Positions 12,757 through 25,600 of a stretch of 64,000 nucleotides of DNA are shown one piece after another. Position 1 is the first letter of the stretch; the number at the start of each line of letters is the position of its first letter. A program made the translations under genes and the position numbers. Source of the stretch: Macrostomum lignano (Eukaryota); the NCBI GenBank assembly GCA_002269645.1, contig NIVC01000660.1, positions 425,507 through 489,506 on the forward strand, read 5' to 3'. The notes under the pieces were generated by a model. That model worked only from the letters and a program-made list of their open reading frames with translations. It had not been told where the DNA came from and did no database searches.

Positions 12757-13825
12757 GGTGATATTGAATAGAATTGTACAGATTCATAATATATATATGG
12801 GGTTCTCATGTAGCTATATGCTGCGTACATATAGCTACAGCGAATTATGGGGATCATTTCCTCAAGCATTTCAAACCAGATAAAGACCAACTGAAAATTC
12901 AATATAAGTTGCCGTCCGCACACATAGCGTTTTACATGTCGAAGTTCGCTTCCGTAAGTTAACCGAAAGTTTCTAAAAATGCAATCACTCAAACACGCAG
13001 TGCAATATATAATTACCGCGTGAACTATGTACATGCATATCGGTCGGTGCTTTGGTTTTCATTGGAACTACATGCATCTACCATATGTCACTGACGATTG
13101 AGCTGGCCTATTTTTTATTTCAGTGCAATTAAGTTTTTACACCGAGATAACAGCTATCAAGAATTCCACAGTTGGGTTAAAATGTTCGCACGCTATGATA
13201 AAAATGCGGTGATTTTATGCAACAGCATTTACTGTTCGTCAGTATAGGTGGGGGTTTCCATTTGAGAAATTTCCACACACTCGGTTCTACATGCAATATA
13301 TTATGAATGTGTATTTGAAAAAAATTAGAACACATTTTGAATCTACTACCGTACAGCATTCCAATTACATGTTTTCATTTAAATACTTCGTAAATGGATA
13401 TGGTTTCCAATAAACTCGGTCCGAAAGCCCAAATTCATGTCTCCAACGTTTTTAGCTAGGCCCGAGAATCTCGATCTCCTGATTCGTAGGTGTGTGACCC
13501 GGGACATTTTTTGTCTAAGGCCAAACTGTATAGCTGACGTACGTGATAAATAGAGTTCGTGGCCAGCTAATTTAGCCAGTATTTCGTTATGGCCCTTTGA
13601 AATTTAGAAGTACGGATACGCATGGTATGATCACAGGCACCGAAAAGATGAATAAGTATACTATACGAAGTATATAGATAAAATTACGGGTGTCCCAAGA
13701 ATTAAGGATAAGAAGGTATCAAAAAAATTAGATGGAACAGCGGAGTACTGCCATAGAATTAAAAATAGTTGAAAAATTAGCTAGCGAGCAGAAGCTATTG
13801 AAATCATTTCAGAAAAGTGGCCTCC

Positions 13826-14305
13826 AAAACCATAGACACAAAATCTACCATTGTGTACCTCCAAAACCATAGACACAATCTACCATTATGTGCCTCCAAA
13901 ACCATAGACACAATCTACCATTATGTGCCTCCAAAACCATAGACACAAAATCTACCATTGTGTACCTCCAAAACCATAGACACAAAATCTACCATTGTGT
14001 ACCTCCAAAACCATAGACACAATCTACCATTGTGTGTCTCCAAAACCATAGACACAATCTACCATTATGTGCCTCCAAAACCATAGACACAAAATCTACC
14101 ATTATGTGCCTCCAAAACCATAGACACAAAATCTACCATTGTGTACCTCCAAAACCATAGACACAAAATCTACCATTGTGTACCTCCAAAACCATAGACA
14201 CAAAATCTACCATTGTGTACCTCCAAAACCATTAGACACAATCTACCATTGTGTACCTCAAGAACCATAGACACAATCTACCATTGTGTGCCTCCAAATC
14301 CATAA
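13826..14305. repeat. 35-37-bp minisatellite (ccaaaaccatagacacaaaatctaccattgtgtacct)
   Basis: About 13 tandem units. Confidence 0.9.
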
Positions 14306-14320
14306 ACACAGTCCATCATT

Positions 14321-14490
14321 AATGGGCGTCGCCATGGATTTTATGGTGGGAAGGGCGAAGCCAAAAGTTCTACATGACAGTTCCTACATCATTTTGGGAA
14401 TCTATGTTGTTAGCACTCATTTTGGCGCTGTAAAGCAAAATGATTAATTTTCATAACGGGTGACAGGTGGGACATGCCCCTGGGGACGCT
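14321..14490 (+). mobile_element. Degraded copy of the same hAT-type MITE
   Basis: gggcgtcgccatggattttatggtggg ... agcactcattttggcgctg ... gggacatgcccctggggacg. Confidence 0.55.
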
Positions 14491-15390
14491 CTAAATTTTG
14501 ATCAAGACAATTATTAACCATGAGCTGGTTGGACGTCTGACACAAAGTATTTACGTGCAACAGCTTGGCTATACATTTACAAAAGCATACAAACAGTTGG
14601 CAGTGGATCACAGCTTGGAGTATTAGCTGTACAGCCAGGTGCAATCCTCTAATGAATTTCTACATGAGCAAAGAAGAGGAGGCTCCTCTCTATGTGCGCT
14701 CTCGGCGCATGAGGGGGCAGCCGACAGCAAACTCTTTGCATGGCCAATCGGCAGTACACTTTAGATAGAGCGATTTACACTTGAGGTCTGGCCGTCTCCT
14801 CTCTTCCCCTGGGCAGTTGGGCTTCAGGGCTACAGCAAGCCCGTGCCAAACTAGAACTGTACATGCAGTGCTAGCAATGCACGCCTGAACGCAAAAGCTG
14901 GCTTATTTACGAGATTAGCAGAAACTCTGGCTAAGAACGGTGCGGACGCGGAGAAGAAAGCTATACATGTTTAAAAAGAGACAATTCAAATGCTGCTAGA
15001 TGGAGTGCCAGGACCTACAGTTGTGAGCGGAGCGGCAGAGACTAATTTATAGGATTAAGCCAGTAAGATTCAGAAAGGGATTCGCAATTGTGTCGCGAGC
15101 ACCCTTTGATCAGCAATCGTCAAAATGGATTGAGCGCCAACTGCTTAACGAAAAATCGGTGAATCCCCATTAATGCTTCATTTTCAAGCACAGCTAACGA
15201 CAATCCTTCGGATAATTAACAGAAATTTAAAAAATCACATCGACTTATTTCCCGGTAAGAAGTCACCGAATTTTTTATGCATATAATATATGATTTTTCG
15301 TTTGATTTCATAAAATTGTCATTTGATTTCGTCCATAGAAGTTGGCAGCGCGGCCATAGAGTCTATGGCAATAAAGTGCGCTGTTTTCCG

Positions 15391-16106
15391 ATTGAATTCA
15401 TAACTTTGCCACTTCATTTCGACTTGACGCGCGGAGTGACTCAAACACTGCAAGAGGGGGCTGGGATATCAGTGGGTGAATATCTATGGCCAAACCTCTC
15501 ATAGAAATGAAAAGCCTATATGAACGTGTCCTCTTCTTGGGCAACAGTCACCTTCCTTGTGTGCCTAAAAATGGCTGCATACGCGTCCATTGGAAACGTA
15601 TAAACGCGGCCAATCGTATTCAAATGCGAACTCTGCCACCGTACTCTCCATTTCTTAACGCCGCGGAGCAGGCACACAGTTGCCTCAAGGCTTCGCTTAA
15701 ACGCCAGCTAGCAACACCTGAGCTTCAACAGGAACTTAGCTATCCGCCTGATGGCATCAACCTAACGCAGTGGAGACTCATGCTGCTTTTCCGCTGTGGC
15801 TACGTTGCACTAGAGGAAATTTCCGCCGCGAAGTGCCTTGCCTGGGAACGACATGTGATGCGGTTTCTGCCCCTGTGCATAAATGAGCAGCAGATAATGT
15901 GAAATTTGTAGCTTGTTGCAGCGAACGAGCATTAACTTTGGCGGACATAACTGATTTCACTGTTGCAACTTCCTACTTCCTCATGTGACTTAAATACACA
16001 GCTTTCTGTTTTTAACAGTTCTTTCTGTACTGGACAAGCGCATCGACTTTTCTGTTGCCTTTCTACTGGGTATGTCGAAATGAAGTGGCAAAGTTATGAA
16101 TTCAAT
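15391..16106 (+). mobile_element. Internally deleted Tc1/mariner (IS630-like) element
   Basis: 33-bp inverted repeats at 15391-15423 and 16074-16106. The ORF remnant contains LPPYSPFLNAAE (the SPxLNPIE motif). The first two catalytic Asp motifs and TA-flanked termini are not visible. Confidence 0.7.
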
Positions 16107-16144
16107 TCCAAATAAGGAATTCTGTTATCTATACGGTAGCGGAG

Positions 16145-16420
16145 CAGGGATTGGCGAACTCTTTATATCCAGCGCCATATGGAGAATCTAGCGCAGGTGG
16201 GGAGAGGAGATGGAATAGAAAATAGAGAGGACAGAAGAGGAGAGAGAATAGGAGGCTAGAGAGGAGAGAGGAGATTTTAGACAAGAAAGCTGAGAAGACA
16301 CCATGCAAGCTTGAGCGGGCCGGATTGTTATTGTGAAGTTTCAAAGGACCCGAGGGCTAGATAGAGAGGCTTGGCAGGTCCCATGTGGCCGATGCACAGG
16401 CCAGAGTTAGCCGACCCCTG
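16145..16420. mobile_element. Probable hAT (Charlie-like) MITE
   Basis: Imperfect TIR cagggattggcgaactct / agagttagccgacccctg. No matching 8-bp TSD is visible. Confidence 0.45.
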
Positions 16421-16729
16421 GTTTAAAGCAAAACAGTGAAGCTGAAATTCTGCTTCTTGCATTGAATTTTTGCCGGGGGTCAGCAAGCAGACGGCTGTCT
16501 ATGGGTAAAAAGTGAATGCGCAGATTTGGCTTCAGTTGCAGCTGCGAAGTTCGTATGTTTAAGAGAACATGCTAACAGACCTGAGAGCTTGGCCCAAAAT
16601 GTTCCGAGTGGCAGCATTGGTCCTACTCAGCCTGGTAAGGATACAATTGACGCTGAGAACAAATTATTAGTATCAAATTCCTTTGCACCTTGTATAGATA
16701 CCTTCTATCTTTGTGCTGATATATTGCAG

Positions 16730-19145
16730 AATCTAGTGCTGCTTATAACTGGTCCAAAATTATTGAAACACAATAATGAGTGCGTTACTGAGCATCATCA
16801 GCAACATCAGAGCACCGGGCATCAAACTGATCCAGTGACTACTGACCCAGTCACGCCGGTCAGTTCATTCATCAACTACACAGGAATTTCTGGCATCCCG
16901 AAGATACTTCACTACGTGTTCAAGAGCGAACAGGTGTTTGACTCCTACAAGCCGTTCATCAAGAGCTGCCTTGACCAGAACCCGGACTGGCAGGTGCTGT
17001 TTTGGAGCGACTCGCACAGCGAGAAGCTGATCGCCGATCACTATGCCCGATTCATTCACAAGTACCGCAGCTACCGAGACAGGCTGGAGAAGTCCGACTC
17101 TGTTCGGTACATGATTCTGCACAAGTTCGGCGGTGAGCATTCAATTAGGGGTGCGTTATGGGGCAGAGCAGCTCAAACGTAAACACGTCTGACCATCGCG
17201 TTACAACCCAGTTGGTTCGATTCCGTGCGCAAGCCAACATTCACTTGGGGCTTGCGTGCTCGAAAATTAGCCGACGGAGAGTGTGCATGCCTGACAGATA
17301 AAAAAGTCACACCATGTGTGAGCGTGTGTGAGTGCGTGCCTGCGTACAGTATTGGCGCGCTTGCCTGTGCTCAGGAGTCTGCGGAATAGACAGAATTGCC
17401 TCCAGCTGGTCGTAGGTTGTAGGACGCGTTGCACCAGGGTTCCCACACTTCTATGTGTTTATAATTATTAGGAATGAGTAATTAGCGAAACTTCTTTGAG
17501 CCTGGATAATTCTGTAAGGCGTCGGAAAGATCACCTCACGCTACCTGCACATTGTGGCTCAAATGCCGCAGGCGTCTACCTGGACATGGACGTCGAATGC
17601 CGCAAGCCGTTCAGCCGATTGTTCACGCAGCCTCCAGTCCAGGAGAGATTCGCAGTCGCCTCGGCCACTGCGGCGCCCTCGGCCTTCCTGGGCGAGGAGC
17701 GACGCGAGCAGACGCGCATTCTGTACGGCTACTCCTACTGCGCCATGAACTCGATGATGGGCTCGAGGCCCGGCCATCCGTTCTTTCAGCTGGCCATCGA
17801 TCGGATGCTCGGCATGCCGATGCTGGCGCACGCCCGCCTGACGACCGGGCCGGACTTCTTGACCGGACTGTACCGGATGTGGCTGAACTGCTCTGCGGGC
17901 CCCGCCTCCTGCCAGGCCAAGGAGCCCGTGCTGCTGTACCCCGCGCGGCTGGTCTCGCCACTGATGGATACCTCGCTGGTCAACTGGGAGAGCAAGTGCC
18001 GCCCGTTTCGTGAGTATTTTGGTACCGTTTCACATGTGCGAGCGAGCATGCCTCAAATGCATGCTGTATCTGTGTACCTTAGTCTATGGGTCTGAGTCAA
18101 AGTTGCGAATATTGTAAATAAAGCACACGACGTATCAACCGATCGATTCTCAGTTTGGGCATCTTTTTATCACTTTGCTTAGCTTTTGCAGTCTATGGCC
18201 CATAGACTAAGGAAAGATCAAGGCCTCTCACGGGCAGCGTATAGACGGTTCTCAATTTGGATGGCTTTATTCTCAGTTGGGCTGTCAAAAGCTACAGCTA
18301 ATGTACTTTGAATAAGATGTGCTTCGCCAATTTTCTAGATTGCCTACACCTAGAAAACAATAGACATAATCTTTCCATTGTCTATGACAAAACCATGAAA
18401 ATAATGTGTTTAGCGTGGGACAATGTCATTTTGGACATTAACACGCAACAGCAATTTAAACAATAACAAAGGGTAATTTTTTTTATGTCAGAAAAACATC
18501 AAAAACTGTTCAACAAAAAAACGTATTTAATCAGCTAATACCAGGCCTACATAGAAACGTCACTCGAAAAGAATATCGATCAGATTGCGACTGCCGCCAA
18601 TGGTCACTTTCATCTTCTTTGACGGAGCAGCCTGCACACGTAGTGCGCCGTCGGTCTGGACAGGCTCTTGATAAGCATCCGCACATTCCTCCAACGTAGC
18701 CTCGCTTATTGTGGTTTGAGTTTTGACGAGCAATCTTAACAATCTCATTAGTTTCGGAAACTGTATGATTCAGCGCCTGATCCACAGCCAGAGATGCCCT
18801 ATACAAACTGCGATCACGACGCCTCGATAAATAGCGCTGCAGTATTTTTATGTAGTTTTTGTCTTCACCTGTACGAAGCTTTCAATGTTTTAACTCGAGC
18901 AATAAACGCAACTCATTTCAGTCTCGAAGGGAAAGCCGGATGCCAAGCTGGAGGGTAGGAGAAAATGGGAGGCCATGGGCTGCTCTCAGCTGGTTGCCAA
19001 CGGGTGGAACTACGATCAGACTGACGATACAACGGTTGCTGTGCACCGGTTTCTGCACCTCGGCTACGGGAATCAGGGATTAAATAAGAGGAAATTTAAC
19101 CTTTTTACCGAATTCCCTAGGATTAAGACTCACTATTCCACTTAG
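16730..19145 (+). CDS. GT32 family (DXD sugar-binding; OCH1/SUR1/A4GALT-like) glycosyltransferase, copy A; start codon not resolved
   Basis: Exons ~16730-17132, 17572-18009 and 18922-19145 splice in frame. Motifs IPKILHYVFKS, KSDSVRYMILHKFG/GVYLDMDV (DXD), NSMMGSRPGHPFF and VAVHRFLHLGY, then a stop. Exon 3 lies in a frame not reported in the ORF track. Confidence 0.8.
17150..17450 (+). mobile_element. tRNA-derived SINE, family X, in GT intron 1
   Basis: cagagcagctcaaacgtaa (A-box-like) and GGTTCGATTCC (B box), plus the family body. Confidence 0.65.
18412..18845 (-). mobile_element. Arm of the tyrosine-recombinase (Crypton-like) relic in GT copy A intron 2 (paralogous arm ~35030-35415)
   Basis: Reverse complement of ~43778-44220. 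It lacks the TGQK segment because of a deletion at agcgct|gcagt. Confidence 0.6.
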
Positions 19146-19376
19146 TGTAACTCAGAGGATTGAAATCGCCTTTTATCAGATTGAATGCCAACAAGGCCAT
19201 AAAGTAAAGCCAATTTCTATAAGCTTTATCTTTATGGTTATTTCGCCACTCTTTATGTTTGCATACTCGATTATATTTGGTTTAGCTGACATTACTATGC
19301 TCACTATGTAGCTATGCTTGATAAGTAGTATAACTTTTGTCGTGCTAAGTGGAACAGTGGGCATGCCAAACGGAAC

Positions 19377-21279
19377 GGCCCATAGAGAGTTCTATGGCCT
19401 AACGATTGAATGAAATCGAGAAAGCAAGGCCATAGACAAGTCGATTTGGCATGCTTTATGGAACGATTAAATAAAATTCAAGACTGGCTTTTCATTGTCT
19501 ATGGCCCAAAATGGGGTCTGTGAAGAAAAAATTGGAGTTTTCTTTACAGAGAGACTAAAATTCAGACATTAACAGTAGGAATACCAAGCCATTTTTCCGC
19601 CCGTCGAACTACCAAGGGGGGGGGGGAAATTCCCCCCCCCCTGAAAATTTTTTTTTGCTGCGCCGGAACGGAGCAACGCAGGCACACGAAATTCAAGAAC
19701 ACGGGCTAACTTTTTGTTGCGCTACATACATATTTTATTCGAAAAGCTGTTTAGTTTATTCAGCTATAATTTCGAACTCAATGCAGAAAGGGTTATGCTT
19801 TTAAAAAGCCAGTAAATTCAGTCGGTTTTTTCATTTTTTAATGATTCAGAAATGTTAAGAGCATGATGAAAAATCACGCTCAGGTGTCATTACTCCCCTG
19901 GTGCCACCTGTTGAAGGTGCCGACGGCGTCGGGGTGCTGGCTGAATGCTTGACTGACTAGCTGAGGATGTCCAGCAGTTGAGGTTTGCCCAATATTGAAG
20001 CTTGATCAGATAAACCTGACATATTTGCAATAGGATGTTCATAGTCACCTGTTGTAATCTGTTGAAGGAGCCGACGGCGTCGGGATGATGACGGAATGCT
20101 TGAGAGACTAGCTGAGGGTGTCCGGCAGTTGAGGCTTGCCTACTGTCGAGGCTTGATCGGTGAAACTCGAGAAGTTCGCATCAAGGTGTTCATAGTCGCC
20201 TGGTGTCATCTGTTGAAGGTGCCGACGGCGTCCGAGTGATGATGGAAGGCTCGAGAGACTAGCTGAGGATACCTAGCAGTTGAGGTATGCCCACTGTCGA
20301 GGCTTGATCAGCGAAACTCGAGAAATTCGTATCAGAGTGTCCATAGTCACTTGGTGCCACCTGTTGAAGGTCCAGAAGCTCCGCCTGGGTGAAGGCTAGT
20401 GACCAACGAAGTCAGAGCTGATGCAGACACATGTGGTCAACGTGCTGATGAAATTTGGAGACTTGGCAAGGCTGCACTGAGGCGCAGTGCTGATTGGCGC
20501 ACAGGGGTGTACTGAATACACTAGCGCTTATGGGAAAAATCCGACCTTCTGGAAGAATCGTCGAATATCTCGACGGTCCGGATGGCTGGCGACTTGATTC
20601 TTGTTTGAGAAGGTGCGCAACAAAAAGTTAGCCCGTGTTCTTGAATTTTGTGTGTCTGCGTTGCTCCGTTCCGGCGCAGGAAAAAAAATTGTCAGGGGGG
20701 GGGGAAATTTTTCCCCCCCTCTTGGTAGTTCTACTGTTAATGAAGCATATTTCAAGTCACAATCACAAATAGAAAGCATCAAAATTGACAAAAGATCAAC
20801 ATTTAAGACTCAATGGCTCTCTGGGATCTCCACGTTACGGTGGCGGTAGTTTGCTAGGTGCCCTGGAATCTTCGCTTCGTTTGTCTACCTCTTTGGATGA
20901 CCGAATGCACCAACCAGAACTCCGAAAAATTGCAATGCAAACCGTAACGTCAGGACCCTTCCTAGGTTGACACCGTGCGCTTTCGTGGGTTTTCACGAGC
21001 CACGAGTCCTAACAACACTGACACATCAGCTTCATCGATAGTCCATGGTGCAAGACAGCGACGATGCACGATGTACGTCTGTACGCTGTCGGTCACGTAC
21101 AGAAATTTGAGGCGTCATTATAGCAGAGCTCGATCAACGGTACGAAAATGAAAGCGTCTTGTTGTTGTCTCTGTGAAAAATTCAAATCGTTGCTATAATC
21201 TGGTTAATCGTCAAATCGACTTGTTTATGGCTTGCTTTCTCGATTTAATTCAATCGCTTGGCCATAGAACTCTATAGCC
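19377..21279. mobile_element. Non-autonomous element bounded by ~70-bp inverted repeats (about 750 bp without the nested insert; paralogue 35955-36703)
   Basis: 19377-19448 is the reverse complement of 21213-21279. The ends carry ccataga..tctatgg palindromes. Confidence 0.6.
19573..20736. mobile_element. TTAA-flanked non-autonomous DNA transposon (CAGTAG...CTACTG, long TIRs, internal 151-bp tandem repeat)
   Basis: TTAA at 19569-19572 and 20737-20740. The empty site cagacattaatgaagc is present in units 2 and 3. TIRs are about 100 bp. Internal repeat starts at 19908, 20059, 20210 and 20361. Confidence 0.85.
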
Positions 21280-21287
21280 AAGATTCA

Positions 21288-21660
21288 AGCCAAGCCACCA
21301 CAGATTCTATATTGCCTAGATGAGCCACACCCGCCACACATTCTATATTGCCTAGATGAGCCACACCCGCCACACATTCTATATTGCCTAGATGAGCCAC
21401 ACCCGCCACAGATTCTATATTGCCTAGATGAGCCACACCCGCCACACATTCTATATTGCCTAGATGAGCCACACCCGCCACACATTCTATATTGCCTACG
21501 AGTAGATGAGCCACACCCGCCACACATTCTATATTGTCTAGATGAGCCACACCCGCCACACATTCTATATTGCCTAGATTAGCCACATCCGCCACAGATT
21601 CTATATTGCCTAGATGGGCCACACACGCCACAGATTCTATATTGCCTAGATGGGGCACTC
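21288..21660. repeat. 36-bp minisatellite (gcctagatgagccacacccgccacacattctatatt), about 10 copies
   Basis: Tandem units; the same family is expanded at 36712-38062. Confidence 0.9.
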
Positions 21661-22638
21661 TAACTACAAATTCTATTTTGCCTAGATGGGTCACTCAGTG
21701 TTATGATTACAAACCCCGGTGTTATGATATGACCATAGACTATGGCTTCTGTTGCTCTCAAGCATTAGCGATTAAAAGAAAAGAGAAGAATAAATGTAAC
21801 ACTCTTTATCGAGCAATTAAAGTATTAATTAATTGAATAAGCTGCTGTGGCAGCAGCAGCAGCTAGTGTTTTTATGGCCCTAACCCTTGGGTTTTCGGGG
21901 CCTCGGGGACGTCCGCTAAATACATTAGCGAATGCCGGAGTGACCCATCCAGGATATATAGAATCTGTGATATGAACAGTGACAACGTTAACCATACATA
22001 GCGATATCATAGATCCGATGATATGGTTAATGATATGATGTACATATTTGGAATATGCTTAATTTTTAGTAGTTTTAGAATGACTACAGCTGCATACATG
22101 ATACCTTGATCGTGCCAATCCCATGCTTTTGTCTTATTAACTCCACGTCAGCTTTATTTACCTTGAGTTTTAGAGCAACCCTTTACCCTATATCTGTGCT
22201 GTGTAAAAAAGTATTAAAAATTTAATATAAAAATGCAAAGCATCGCTTACACGTTTAGTCTGTAAATGTGAGCTGCTATGCAATCTAAGATGCACATTTT
22301 CTGTAATTTATATTTCATTTGAATTATCAATAGTTATATACGCTCGTAAATCTTGTGATTCCTGGTATCTAGAGACATCCAGAAATAGTCAATTTAGAGA
22401 ATCTGTAAAAATTGCAGTCTGCAGACTTTTGCAACATCTGCGGGGTCAGAGTGGATCAGAAGCGACAATCGTAGGGTAGAGATGCTGGCATTTTATTTGA
22501 TTTTTAACTTTTGATGGATGATGCAATGCATGCAGCTGGCATGCTGGATTTCAATCAATTTTCGATCTGGGATGCCGAATGGCTCTGCGATTCTGGCACT
22601 TAAAAATCAAGTTGCACTGTTGCTGGTGTACTCGCTTG

Positions 22639-25600
22639 CAGGGGCGTCGCCATGGATTTTATGGTGGGGGACAAAGCCAAGAATTCAACATGTACATGAC
22701 TGAAATGACTAAATTCCTACGTCTTTTGTTTTGAGAATCGGTGTTGTCAGCGCTCATTTTAGCTTCGCAGGAACTATTTTTAGCCCCACAGACACTCATT
22801 TTAGCGCCACAGGCACTCATTTTGGCGCTGCAGGCACTCCTCTTAGCTCCGCAGGAACTATTTTTAGCCCCATAGGCACTCATTTTAGCGCCGCAGGCAC
22901 TCATTTTGGCGCTGCAGGCACTCATTTTAGCGCCGCAGGCACTCATTTTAGCGCCGCAGGCACTCATTTTGGCGCTGCAGACACTCATTTTAGCTTCGCA
23001 GGCACTCATTTTAGCGCCGCAGGCACTCATTTTAGCGCCACAGGCACTCATTTTAGCGCCGCAAGCACTCATTTTAGCGCCGCAAGCACTCATTTCAGCG
23101 CCACAGGCACTCATTTTAGCGCCGCAGTCACTCATTTCAGCGCCGCAGGCACTCATTTCAGCGCCGCAGGCACTCATTTTAGCGCCGCAAGCACTCACTT
23201 TAGCGCCGCAGGCACTCATTTTAGCGCCGCAAGCACTCATTTTAGCGCCGCAAGCACTCATTTTAGCGCCAAAAGCACTCATTTTAGCGCCGCAGGCACT
23301 CATTTTAGCACCACAGGCACTCATTTTAGCGCCGCAGGCACTCATTTTAGCGCCGCAAGCACTCATTTTAGCGCCGCAAGCACTCATCTTAGCGCCAAAA
23401 GCACTGATTTTAGCGCCGCAGGCACTCATTTTAGCACCACAGGCACTCATTTTGGAGCCACAGGCACTCATTTTAGCGCCGCAGGCACTCATTTTAGCGC
23501 CGCAGGCACTCATTTTAGCCCCACAGACACACATTTTAGCCCCACAGGCACTCATTTTAGCACCACAGGCACTCATTTTAGCGCCGCAAGCACTCATTTT
23601 AGCGCCGCAAGCACTCATTTCAGCGCCGCAGGCACTCATTTTAGCGCCGCAAGCACTCATTTTAGCGCCGCAGGCACTCATTTTAGCGCCGCAGGCACTC
23701 ATTTTAGCGCCACAGGCACTCATTTTAGCGCCGCAAGCACTCATTTCAGCGCCGCAGGCACTCATTTTAGCGCCGCAAGCACTCATTTTAGCGCCGCAAG
23801 CACTCATTTCAGCGCCGCAGGCACTCATTTTAGCGCCGCAAGCACTCATTTTAGCGCCGCAGGCACTCATTTTAGCGCCGCAGGCACTGATTTTAGCGCC
23901 GCAGGCACTCATTTTAGCGCCGCAAGCACTCATTTTAGCGCCACAGTCACTCATTTTAGCCCCACAGACACTCATTTTAGCCCCACAGACACACATTTTA
24001 GCCCCAAAGGCACTCATTTTAGCACCACAGGCACTCATTTTAGCGCCGCAAGCACTCATTTTAGCGCCGCGGGCACTCATTTTAGCACCGCAGGCACTCA
24101 TTTTAGCGCCGCAAGCACTCATTTTAGCGCCGCAGGCACTCATTTTAGCGCCGCAGGCACTGATTTTAGCGCCGCAGGCACTCATTTTAGCGCCGCAAGC
24201 ACTCATTTCAGCGCCGCAGGCACTCATTTTAGCGCCGCAAGCACTCATTTTAGCGCCGCAAGCACTCATCTTAGCGCCAAAAGCACTCATTTTAGCGCCG
24301 CAGGCACTCATTTTAGCACCACAGGCACTCATTTTAGCGCCGCAGGCACTCATTTTAGCGCCGCAGGCACTCATTTTAGCGCCACAGGCACTCATTTTAG
24401 CGCCGCGGGCACTCATTTTAGCACCGCAGGCACTCATTTTATCGCCACAGGCACTCATTTTAGCGCCGCGGGCACTCATTTTAGCGCCACAGGCACTCAT
24501 TTTATCGCCACAGGCACTCATTTTAGCGCCGCGGGCACTCATTTTAGCGCCACAGGCACTCATTTTAGCGCCACAGGCACTCATTTTAGCACCACAGGCA
24601 CTCATTTTGGAGCCACAGGCACTCATTTTGGCGTCGCAGGCACTCATTTTGGCGCCGCAGGCACTCATTTTGGCGCCGCAGGCACTCATTTTAGCGCCAC
24701 AGACACACATTTTAGCCCCAAAGGCACTCATTTTAGCACCACAGGCACTCATTTTAGCGCCGCAAGCACTCATTTTAGCGCCGCGGGCACTCATTTTAGC
24801 ACCGCAGGCACTCATTTTAGCGCCGCAAGCACTCATTTTAGCGCCGCAGGCACTCATTTTAGCGCCGCAGGCACTGATTTTAGCGCCGCAGGCACTCATT
24901 TTAGCGCCGCAAGCACTCATTTCAGCGCCGCAGGCACTCATTTTAGCGCCGCAAGCACTCATTTTAGCGCCGCAAGCACTCATCTTAGCGCCAAAAGCAC
25001 TCATTTTAGCGCCGCAGGCACTCATTTTAGCACCACAGGCACTCGTTTTAGCGCCGCAGGCACTCATTTTAGCGCCGCAGGCACTCATTTTAGCGCCACA
25101 GGCACTCATTTTAGCGCCGCGGGCACTCATTTTAGCACCGCAGGCACTCATTTTATCGCCACAGGCACTCATTTTAGCGCCGCGGGCACTCATTTTAGCG
25201 CCACAGGCACTCATTTTAGCGCCACAGGCACTCATTTTAGCACCACAGGCACTCATTTTGGAGCCACAGGCACTCATTTTGGCGTCGCAGGCACTCATTT
25301 TGGCGCCGCAGGCACTCATTTTGGCGCCGCAGGCACTCATTTTAGCGCCACAGGCACTCATTTAAGCGCCGCAGGCACTCATTTTAGCGCCGCAGGCACT
25401 CATTTTAGCGCCGCAGGCACTCATTTTAGCGCCGTGGGCACTCATTTTAGCCCCACAGACACTCATTTTAGCGCCACAGGCACTCATTTTAGCACCACAG
25501 GCACTCATTTTAGCACCACAGGCACTCATTTTAGCGCCACAGGCACTCATTTTAGCACCACAGGCACTCATTTTAGCGCCGCAGGCACTCATTTTAGCGC

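Noticed and set aside
14500-15060. Protein-like stretch interrupted by stops
   Set aside because: No recognisable motif or splice structure. Possibly old TE debris, but unsupported.
20950-21170. Possible hAT transposase remnant (GVIIAELDQRYENESVLLL)
   Set aside because: A single short resemblance among stops; too weak to call.
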